DNA from: Takakia lepidozioides
Lineage: Eukaryota; Plantae; Bryophyta
DNA length: 64,000 nt
Reading direction: 5' to 3'
Assembly (NCBI GenBank): GCA_030704615.1
Contig: CM060732.1
Span: 51,522,001-51,586,000 of the forward strand
Positions 25,382 to 36,100 of the stretch are shown here, one piece after another. A program made the translations under genes and the position numbers. The notes beneath the pieces are model-generated. The model was not told the origin of the DNA and made no database searches. It saw only the letters and a program-made list of their open reading frames with translations. Position 1 is the first letter of the stretch. Each line of letters opens with the position of its first letter.

Positions 25382-28300
25382 ATGCCGAAGGGGAGGAAGC
25401 AGATGCGTCTACAGGAGGAGATTGCCATCTCCGAGCAGCAGGCCACTCAGGCAACCCAGCCACCAGTGAGAGCTCCATGCGATCGGGCTGCGCGCAGCTG
25501 ATCGAGCACCGAACCCCCCATTTTGCTTCTGTAATTCTTAGACTGAATGCTAGGAGACTTGAATGCAGAACATGTTTGCATGCCTAACAGGAAAGGTGGA
25601 CGTGCTGGAGGGATCGCAGGAATCCGAAGAGCCGCAGGAAGAGTCCGAGGAGCTAGCTGCAGCACGTACACCACCCGATCCCCGAGCGCGGGTATTCCTG
25701 CCGGGCCTAGCCCTGTGCGATTCAAAGACGCGTCTTCGAAGGGCAAGTTCAAAGCCCAGAGATCGACTCGCGTTCTTCGGTCATGGAGAATCGCCAGCAG
25801 GGGTCGGGCCCTTCTCCAGCAAAGTCGAAGAAGAAGCAGCCCGTCCCTCTACTGGCTTCTGAACCGGCTCAGGCCGATTCACCCCCCCCCCAACGCGAAT
25901 GAAGCAGCAGGGTAGAAAAGACAGATTCAATTGCAGCAGACACCTTCACCTGCAAGGATGAGGAAGCAGAAGGCAATCAGGGCGACGGGAACAATCTCCC
26001 GCAAAACCGCTTCCACGAGCTGAAGCTCAGTTCCTGGAGGATTTCCCGCCTGCAGATGTTGGGGCCGACTCTGCTGCAGCGAAGGCAATGGGATCGACCG
26101 TTGATCTCGATTTGGTACCGGAGGAGGGTGCTGCCGCTGAACGTTCGCAGCAGACCTCACCACCGATGAGCAAGCAGGCCCGGAGGAGGCCTCTGCAATG
26201 GCAGAATTGCCCGCAGACAGGCCCCAGAGTGCAGCTCCAGTTGAGGATGCTCCAGCTGCTCAGCCACTACCGGCACCTACAGACATGTCTCCGGAGGATT
26301 TCAAAAGTGCAGCGGATAAAATGTTGGAGGAGACACACAGTAGCATTGGCAGAGTTCTGGGCAGCAGGGTATTCCAGCGGACTCTTCGAATCCCACTCTG
26401 TCGCATGGTCTCCCTTCCCATCGTCAGGCAGGCCCTTCCCGGAGATGTGGATAAGCTCAAGTTCGCATTTCGAGAAGGGTACCGTCTGGGATCGGCAGCG
26501 TTTTACGTTTCCATTGAGAATGAGGACGGCGAAACTCGTGGACCCACTGCCGATGAATTGTCAACGTGGGATACCCACTGGCACACTCGCAACGACGAAT
26601 TCGAGGCGACGCTGAAGGGTGATCCAGACTTCGGCCATATGTCGGGTAAAATGTTCTTTGTGTGGGACGGGAATCACCGACTTCTCGCCTGGTGGGAGTA
26701 CATCAAGCAGAACCATGCCAAGCACATTGGCTGGCATTACATGGTGGAGTGTGTCATCCTCAAGGTGAAGGCGGCAGACTCCTCCCTGCTCAAGAATGCC
26801 ATGGCGGACCTCAACTCGTAAGATACTCATACCCTCCCTAGCACGTTCGAAATGCGGTGCCGCATTTCGGTTTCCATTCTGGTTTGTTTCCGTGCTTCCG
26901 TGTACTGAACTGGAGAGTGTGCCTTGCAGGGTCACTGAGAATGCGTACGTGCATACCCACATGGCACATATGCTGTACAGGGTGAGGAAAACTGGTCTCA
27001 CTGATCCGCAGATGTTTGCGGAAATGCTGGAGCCCGAGCTCATTCAGAAAGCCGTTGCAAAAACAGACCGGACATGGTATCGTCTCACTATGGATGGAAT
27101 GGTGGAGGTGATATACGAAGTAAGTCGTCTCCAATTTCCCTCTGCTCATCCTTCCCCAATTTTCAGTAATGTTTCCACATGAATCGAATGTAACGCTTCT
27201 GCATGTTTTTGTTGGCAGTCAAACATCAAGCTGGATTTGGCCCATGCCAAACGCTTCTTCATGGAAAGTGAGGGGCAGGTCAAAACGTTGCAGTCATTGA
27301 CTGAGCACTTGAAGGAAGCCGGTGTCAAGTCCAGAACCAAATACAAGTCAAAGCTTGTGAAGCTGGTGGCAATTGCAGATCCGGCACTTGGAAAGGACTT
27401 CATCCCCGAGATTGCAAAACACTATTCTCGGGCCATGCAGCCGACCATGCAATTGGAGAAACTGCATCACCTCTCAACGGCATGTGTGGAGGCGAAAGAG
27501 AAGGTGAGGTTTCAATGCACTGAAGTTCCTTCCTAGCAATAGCCACTCTCTTCCAGCTCCTGACATTGGATCGGAAATGGCAGACACGGTGGCTGTCGAT
27601 CTGGAATGCATCCGAGAGCATAAGGACAATGTGGTCTTTTCCACTCGAAGTTTCCGACCCTGCAGTGGATGTGTGGCTCAACCGTATGACTTGGTGGTTC
27701 CAGGTAATTCAAGGTACTTCCCCAGATTTGCTTTTCTGACATGAATTCCCTGAACTGCTACGTGACAATGCATTTGGGAATCGCAGGTAATGTCGAATGC
27801 GAAGGAGCAAGTCGTAATGCACACAAATTCGTTCGGCTTGTACGTCAAATGGGATGGAACACAGACATTGGAAGACTACGTGACACGTTTCAGATGTGCG
27901 TACAAGGACAACCTTTTCGCCAGAGAGCTACAGACAGCAAGAAGAGCGTGGAGTTTACACATCAGGAGGGAGCGGGAAAGCTGCAATGCGAATTGTTTAC
28001 AGGTGAAGCACAGCTGCCCTTGTATGCGAAGCCTGGTTACGAGGTTTGTCTCGGAAATGCGGCACCGCATTCGCATTTTATGTTTTCGGTGGCACTCTGC
28101 CAGTAGGTTGGTCTCAACTTTTGCTCACGCATGCTGACTGCCTTGCAGGTATATGAAATACGTGCTCCTTCAGACAGGGGCCCTGGCTCAAGAGCCCCCG
28201 TTCTTCATGGCTTGGACCGTGGCGGGCCCAAGCTGTGTCTACACACCCGAGATGCAGAAACAATGGCATCCCGCGCATCTCGTTGGATGCCCGTGGTACC

Positions 28301-28695
28301 TGGACATGTCTGGCGGTATTGTTGACGAGTCTGAGAAAGATCTGCACGCCTTGGCAGAAGAGAAGAGAAAGGAAAGATGTGTCCCTGCTGGGCCAAAGTC
28401 GGCAAAGGAATCTGCTGCTCTGGAAGAATCCAGAAAGGCAGCTGAGATGGCACAAAAGACGGTGGATGCAGCTGTGCAGGCCAAACAGAAGGGGTCGAAG
28501 AAGAGGACTCGCCAACAAGGAGCAGCTGTTGTGACACCCGCCAAAACGAAGAAGCAGAAACAGCTGTTCAGGAAGAGGGTGAGGAAGAGGACTCCGATGG
28601 AGACTTTGCAAATTGTAAACAGTGGGCCAATTCCGACAGTTATTCAACACAATGAAACACAATCATACAGAAGTGAGGTACGATGGGTTTATTGA
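25382..28695 (+). CDS. Multi-exon MULE cargo gene encoding a ParB/Srx-like (DGNHR) domain protein with a low-complexity N-terminus and basic C-terminus
   Basis: ORF 26198-26817 contains FVWDGNHRLLAW (DGNHR at 26666-26680); putative GT-AG introns 26818-26929, 27120-27218, ~27504-27556, 27704-27786 and 28044-28148; start codon and middle exons uncertain. Confidence 0.7.
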
Positions 28696-28762
28696 TCGGA
28701 CACGATGTCTCACATTTACCAACTGCAGACAAAACTAAGGCCTTCCTCCTTCTACATGGGCT

Positions 28763-29450
28763 TCACCAAGTCGACGGAACTTCGATTCCCCTTAAAACAA
28801 GCTCATCACTGCTACGGCACCTCGAGGTAAACTGCAATTCGGTCGTTCTGCTGCCCTTGCTGGAGCCGACGACAATGTCATGTCCATCAATGATACCACC
28901 ATCATACATTGACAAGGTCATTGTGGGCCTCATGTGCCCGTGCGATTCGTCTTCGCAACGCAGCCGAATGTCTCCATACACTGGAAGAGCGGAGTGATCT
29001 GCACGTATATAGTTTTCCCCGGTGCCGTCCTCCCTGGTCCACTGGCAGCAGTTCCAGCGCCAAAGCGAGGCCGTGCGTGATCTGTCCGGCATCCCTTTCC
29101 AGCTTGGTATATCGAGGTCAACAATTTTCAGGACCCACGGACCGCATTGACCCTCGCCCTCACCTCGCTCAAAGCGGTAATAGCCCTCCAGATACTCCAT
29201 TGCGCAAAGACTCTTGCTTGATTCCAGCAGCGTCTGTGAAAACAGAGAGCCAGACAATGATGTCTCCTGATTCTGGTTTGAACATAGCATAATCGTGGCC
29301 ATGATAAGGGCAGTCGGCTGGATTTCGGCGGCACGACATCCTTGAAAAAGAGTAGCGGAGTACGCTCAATGACAGCAGCTCCCGGATGGAGGAGGAGGAC
29401 TGGCTGGAAAAAGTTCAAGCTAACGCTGCAATTCCTCACAAACACTCCAG
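28763..29450 (-). CDS. Unknown MULE cargo ORF X1 (frameshifted)
   Basis: DCPYHGHDYAMF...YYRFERG...PWVLKI...RWNCCQWT...YGDIR...ELVLRGIEVP; paralogous to X2. Confidence 0.6.
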
Positions 29451-29692
29451 GGCACATTTAAATTTCCCCCTACAGGATCCTGGACCGATGAAGATTGGCT
29501 GCTGCATGAATGTAGCCGTTTCAGTTTCCTACCCTGCCATGCAAACTATGGGCAGTCACTGCCAGGTGGGCCGATAGCCACTGGACACGACGAAGTCCAT
29601 CCCCTCTTCGATGTAAATGCGGCGCGAATTTCCATCCGGGGGATGGACTTCGTGGCAGATCTCAAACTATAACTTGTTGATGAGAAAGATGT

Positions 29693-30440
29693 ATGGGTTC
29701 ATCCACCGCTGGCGTGATGAACACGTCCACCTCCGTCGGTGGGTACGTGGACCCAGATGCTCCATTATTGGAGGCCGGACTGCTCTTCCGCTTCGCATCA
29801 TTTCCAAAATCTAAGGGCTTCGTAGCTGTCCGCAAGGTCATCGGCATCCAAGTCGTCCTCAGGTCCTCCTTTGCAAGGATGCCGTGCTTCCGGAACCGGG
29901 ACGACTGCCCATTTGGAGGCATCGATTATGCAATGTATTCGGCCACATCGGGAGACATTGTTATCTGGTACACAGATTACAGAAGATACTGGTTCGATTG
30001 TGGAAACATTGGTGGCTTTTGAGTATATCGTAGGCCACTACGCCTTCGAGCGGGGTGACGATCTTGGTCTGAGGAGTCCGTGGCTCCTGCGCATCCTCGA
30101 TTCCGATTTTCCCAGCTACGACGGTCACCCATGCAGAAGAAGGCGCACTGCTATGCTGTTGCGGTGGAACTGCTGCCACTGGACGTGGGTGGACTCCATC
30201 GGAGAGACCTATTCTCCTGAAGGAGTGCGCTCCTCTTCTCCATTGTATGGGGACATTCGCATTGGTGTGGACGACGAAAACGTGAAGATTTCCATATTCG
30301 ATGGTGGTATGATTGAAGGGCAGGACATTGTGGTGAACATCACTAGGGGCGGTACAACGGCTGCAATCGACTTTACATGGAGGAGCCCCATGACTCATGA
30401 GCTAGTTCTGAGAGCAGTCGAAGTCCCATTGACAACGTGA
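29693..30440 (+). CDS. Unknown MULE cargo ORF X2 (frameshifted), head-to-head paralogue of X1
   Basis: DCPFGGIDYAMY...HYAFERG...PWLLRI...RWNCCHWT...YGDIR...ELVLRAVEVP. Confidence 0.6.
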
Positions 30441-30851
30441 CTTGTATTCAGTAGGCACAGGGCTAAGATTTGATGGCACAATCAGCACAGTAGACGTGCT
30501 TCAAATGCAATTCATGTGGATCAATAAAAACCTCATTGTGCCCTCTTTTTATTCTATTCTGTGTCCATCGTTCCCAAAATGCGTCATTGCTCATTTCGTT
30601 TGGGATTGGGAGTGTGGGTGGATTTTGCAAATGGCTGGTAGGCTGAAATGGGCCCCCATTGTACAGAGCAGTACCACCCTACCATTCGCGAAACATTGCC
30701 TTTCAATATATAATTCTAAATAACATTGCCGAACCTCCTTCATCGGGAGGTCCTTCTCCCCCTATGACCGTGGCACCCTAAACCCTATTCCCGCGGACAC
30801 TCATTTCCGGAAAATAGTGCTGCTCATGTTTTTTTCCACACTTACGACTCT

Positions 30852-30902
30852 GCTCATGGCTCATGCCGCCCATGGCTCATGGCTCATGAAATAGCAGCCC
30901 CC
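30852..30902 (-). repeat. Right TIR plus subterminal GCTCATG repeats
   Basis: Inverted match to 8771-8830; followed by the TSD. Confidence 0.85.
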
Positions 30903-30911
30903 ATCCGTCAC

Positions 30912-33112
30912 AGGTGCTGCAGTGTCTTGATATTCTCCCCCTGGTACCTCCGTCACAGGTGTGGTTATTACATGCACAACAGGGTTTCCCCTTGACAATC
31001 ACTGCACCTCTGGAATCACTGTTTCCTTTACCAAGCCAAAATTTTCATAGAGAAGGTCACCCTTCTCAATTTCGGCCACGACCTGCTCTGCAGTGGGAAT
31101 GTCTAATCTTTCTCTTCTGAGCAATTGGGGTTGATGTCACAACATATACTAACTGTGGAACCTCTAAAACAACAGAGTCAATTGGTTGTGGTGGCTGTGA
31201 CATCGAAGTGACTTCCTCCTCCCTCTCTGAAGGTCCTGCTTCCAATAATAGCAGCTCTCCGTGCTGTTGTGCCCCTTCCTGCACAAGAGCTTGGGAAACA
31301 TTATCATGCGGTTTTCGTGAAGCCAGTGGATCCGCCACTACAGTCTTTCCCCGCCTCTGTCTCTTAGACTAGGGTTGCACTGCCAGTCCACCCTCACTGT
31401 GTGAAGAGCCTTGCTCTTCCATTGCAGTGGTTTCTGCCTCAAACACTCCCATCTCCTTTATTTCCCGAGCATCAAGTATGCAAGAATCAAGAATTATTTG
31501 AGCAATGATTGGACCCGACACAATGATCGGAGACTTTGCAGCAATGCCTTGTAACCTCTTCATCTCGTCCACCAATCCGTTGTACATTAGCTCCGCCCAA
31601 GTGACATCCTCTCCCCTCAAGGCTTTCAGGATCTCCTCTGTGAAGGACCTGCTCAAATACTGTTGGTTCTGTTTCATGGCAAACAGAACGTTCAAGATTT
31701 GGCCAACCTCCCTAAGCCCTGGGTACTCGGCTTTGGTACAAGCAAAACCTTGAGTTTTAAAGAAACTCCCTTCTTGGAACAAATTCCCTATCTGCAATCT
31801 TGCCCTGTGCTCATCCACCTCCACATGTCCTGATGGCAAATCAAACAGTTGCTGCAGGTACTGGGGAGTAATTTCTATATCTACTCCCCTCACCTGAGTA
31901 ACTCCTGTCCGAGGCTCAAAGTTTTGAAGAAATTGTATCATGAACTGCCGATGATGCAAGGACCAGTCCTTGCGTAGCAATCCCTCCAATCGCAGCTCCT
32001 TCAGTAGCTGCACCTCCTGTGGTGCAGCGATCGTTTGCTTCTGTAAGATTGTGGTGCTTTTCACCCTGATATCTTCCATTTCTCTCGCTCTCTTCATTCT
32101 GGACAAACAGACAGGTTTTGGTTGCAACAACTGAAGAAACGCCTGCAGGGCACAAAGCATAAAAGTATGGTTGGCGCAGAATGAAGTGGGTAAGTGTTTG
32201 TAAGCCTGCGGGGCTTGCAAGTAGCGATTTAGAAAAAATGTACTCTCCGTTCGTCTGTCCTTGTGCCACTGCGTAAGTAGTAAGGCGAGCGTGTAATTTA
32301 TTATTTCCGCCATAGCTTCAAAGCTATAGCTTTGATTGTCTCTCCTGACGAGACGCCCGTTACTTGGAACGACGCCGACTGTTGCTCTCAGAATCCTTCC
32401 AATTTCTTGATTTCGCTTATTGGAAAATACCTTCTGCAGGTAATTCTGGCTCATGATTGGTTGTTGGCTGTGTGATTTTGTTTTGTGATTTAATTTCCTT
32501 CCATGGATTTTCCACTCTGGACTGTCCACTAGGATAGCACATGTGACATGGATTTCGCTTTTCGGTACTTTTAAAGGGTTCCGTTACCCTTTCCCTGTAT
32601 GCATTAATGGGCCCATAATAAGTTAATGTGCCGGGTAGGTACTTTGATGGCCAATTTTGTCTTCTTCCTTGATGACACTCGCTTTTGCAATCCATGTCCA
32701 GCTGTGTGTCTCGCCCTGGCGTCCACGTGTCTATTTTTAAACGTGCCTCCGTCCACTTTTCCGCCGGCCACTCTCCGGATGTTAACTCACATCCACCTGT
32801 CACTGATCCTATGGATTGTGTAACCCCAGTAGGCTGTGTTGAGCTGTGACAGGCTGTGTCATACTGTGGTACGTTGTGATAGGCTGTGTCGCACTGTGCT
32901 AAGCTGTGATTGGCTGTGACACGCTGTGGTAGGTTGTGATAGGCTGTGTGACACTGTGATGGGCTGTGATAGGCTGTGTCGCGCTGTGATGGGCTGTGAT
33001 AGGCTGTGCCGCGCCGTGTTGGGCTGTGATAGGCTGTGTCACGCTTGTACTGCCCGCCCTGGTCATATACGCTCGGCCTAGCGACAAGTGCTCCATACTC
33101 CGTTGGTATCAC
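30912..33112 (-). pseudogene. N-terminal half of the 3' extra coding region of copy D
   Basis: 386-aa ORF 31369-32529 with FLQNF...VRGVDIEITP...LFDLP segment; homologous to 52820-54460. Confidence 0.8.
32830..33045 (-). repeat. 30-bp (3 x 10-bp) CACAG-based tandem repeat downstream of integrase, encoding RDTAYHSPSQ-type repeats
   Basis: Visible CTGTGATAGGCTGTG units; counterpart at ~54378-54570. Confidence 0.85.
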
Positions 33113-36100
33113 TGGCGCAGCCGTGACTGCTTCTGCGTTTCAACATTCAAATCATGCTACAATGGTTTGTCATGGATACCACTGTACCCCTTCAACTTAT
33201 TGGCATTGACTCTTCCCAGCATCTCTTTGTTAATGGTTTGTAACATGGCGGTGTTGTTATCATACATTTCTGTATGACATAAAGGTCCTTCCATGGTGAT
33301 TTAAGCTTAGAAGCTTTAATCTTTCCCTTCTTCTACAACCAGAGAACCAAATCTCCCATCTTAAAAGTCTTTAACTTGCCTTCATCAAAACTGTTCCTTT
33401 CTTTCTTCATCTGATTCTGGTCATGTTATCAGCTGCATCAGCACGTACTTCTTCCACATGATATAATTCATGTTTCCTGACCTTAATTGAATCTTGCAAT
33501 TCCATTCTCTTTCCCATTCCGTTCTCTTGGTAGGTAACGGGAATTCCACTGGAGTAAAGCTTCCATACCATAAATCTAATTGGAATGGTGTATAACTTAG
33601 TGGTGACTTTATATGAAGTCTTGTATGACCACAAAGCTGTCAGCAGCTTTGTATCCCAATCCGTTCTGTTTGCATTGACTATCTTAGCCAAGATAGTACA
33701 TAGTATTTTGTTGGTAGCCTCTACCTGCCCATTACCTTGTGGGTAATACGTTGTACTCTTCTTATGCACAATCATGAACTCTTTTAGTCAATAGTTCAAT
33801 GGGTCTCATTAATGAAGTGACTTCCCTGATCACTGATAAATTCCAAGGGATAGCCAAATCGTGTAAGTATGTTCTCATACAGGAACCTTGCTATGGACTT
33901 GGCTGTGTTGTCCCTCAAAGCTTTAGCTTCCACCCACTTCGTAGTATAATCAGTTGCTGTAATTATGTACCTGTTTTGTGTATTCTTGGCTGGTGGGTTA
34001 ATCAGTCCAACAAAGTCTAGTCCCCATTTCTGGAATGGTTCAGTAGGCATTGTAGGATGCAAACCCATCTTCCCAGATCTCTGCAAAGGTCCTAGCCTCT
34101 GACATTCATCACAACTCTGACAATACTTGTGTACATCTTTGAACAAAGTAGGCCACCAGTAACCTGCAAGTAGTATCTTCCTACTGGTAGTCTCTTCTCC
34201 AAAATGACCTCCAGCCACTCCTTTATGAACATCCTCCAAAATTTTATTTACTTCATGGTGGTACAAGCATCGTTTAAGTACTCCATCAGGTCCTAGCTTA
34301 TACATTCTGCCTCCTACCATAGTATAAGGTAAAGCCTTGATAGCGATTCTCTTCCTCTGCTCCTTACCATAACTAGATGGGCACTGACCATGAGTAAGGT
34401 AGTATCTGATTGGCCACTGCCAATCTAACCATTCATCTGCACTTCCTTGCACCTCCATTACAAATAAACTCGCATCAGGTAACTGATCGTCTACTCCTGT
34501 GGCGGCCTCTCCTGTTGTTAGTCGTGACAAATGATAATGTAAGTTCCTCAAAAACCTCCTGAGATCTGTCAGCATAAGATTGAATTGCAACCAGGGTCAG
34601 TACCAATCAAACACGCAAGGTACAGAATGAATCCCAACTATGCACAGAAGGTTGGAGAAGAGATCAAGAAGTTGGCTGAGGCTAAGTTTATATACCCAAT
34701 AGAGTATACAACTTGGTTGTCACCCATTGTGATAGTTCCCAAAAAGAATGGTAAACTAAGAGTTTGTGTGAACTATAAGAAGTTGAATGCTTGCACGAAG
34801 AAAGATCCATTTCCCTTGCCATTCACAGAAGCAGTATTGGACACTGTGGCAGGCTATGAGATGTACTCATTCATGGATGGTTTCAGTGGTTATAATCAAG
34901 TGCAAGTGGCAGAAAAAGACCAGGGAAAGAAAGCTTTCATCACAGACTGGGGTGCTTATGCAAAGTCATGCCTTTTTGACTTTGTAATGCACCAGCAACC
35001 TTTCAGAGAGTGATAAAGTGAATCTTTCATGAGTATCTGGATGATTTCATGCAGGTGTTCTGGATGATTTCAGTGTGTACAGCTCTAAGAATGAGCACTT
35101 GCATAAATTGGAGTTATGTTTGGCCAGATGCAGAATGAGAGGTCTGGGCCTGAATCCAGAGAAGTGTACTTTCTGTGTGAACTCAGGGGTGCTTCTGGGA
35201 CACATTGTGTGTAAGAGGGGACTTCTTGTGGATCCCAGGAAGATAGAGGCCATTAAAGCCTCACCACCACCAGTAAATGTTAAGAATATAAGGAGATTCC
35301 TTGGACAAACCAGTTATTACAGAAGATTTGTCAAAAGGTATGCACAAATAGCAGCACCATTGAGCAAGCTTCTGAAGAAAGATGCAGTGTTTGCATGGAC
35401 AGCTGAATGTCGTATCCCTTTTAGATCCTCGTAGCTCCAAGCAAATACATCTCTGTATTTGATGAACAAACTCTTAGCTTCCTCAAAAAAATTTGGCTCC
35501 AAATCAGCTCCTACCTTCACCATCCTCGGTTCCTCTTCAGTTCCCACATTCACTTCTCTCACCTGCTCATCAGCTGTGATTGTCCAACCAGTCACCACTT
35601 CATCCTGTAAAACTCACAGTGGCTGGTTCCTCTAGGATTTCCATTCTCCTTCTCTTTTCTTCATAAAAATGTGGTGGGTAACTGCTTATTTCTCCTTCAA
35701 TTGGTGTTGCTGCCACTACACCACAGCAGATACCTTTTAAACAACTTAGGCCTTCCAGCTGCATCTCTGCAACCTGCTCCCACTCTGGGTGTGCAGCGAA
35801 CAGAGTAGCTTCCTGTTCCTCATCCAGTCCTCCCCTCCAGTCATACTCCCTGACCCCTCGAGGTTTTCTCGTAGCAGGTAATCTACTAAATTTCTTAGTG
35901 GTGATTTGTATCTTGTGCATCCCATCATGCACAATTAGTAACTGGGAATTCCAGTCATGGAATACCCTGGTCTGTTTCAGCCACGGTCGTCCCAACAATA
36001 AGGAGTAAGCTTCCATGACTTCATCCATTTTCAACACAGTTACTGTGATCATAAAGATCATCTTTTGAATCTGTATCTTAACTCCTCTTATCAATCCCAA

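Larger units (their letters stand above)
8771..30902. mobile_element. Complete Mutator-like (MULE) DNA transposon, ~12.5 kb excluding the nested retroelement
   Basis: 9-bp TSD ATCCGTCAC at 8762-8770 and 30903-30911; TIRs GAGGTTTACTATTTCATGAGC vs (rc) GGGGGCTGCTATTTCATGAGC (17/21); internal DDE-SWIM transposase; host ORF is restored on excision. Confidence 0.9.

Noticed and set aside
25382-28695. Bacterial plasmid or phage contamination (parAB locus)
   Set aside because: The gene has GT-AG intron signals and NLS-like runs, no ParA ATPase is present, and it lies within a TSD-bounded MULE nested among plant retroelements.
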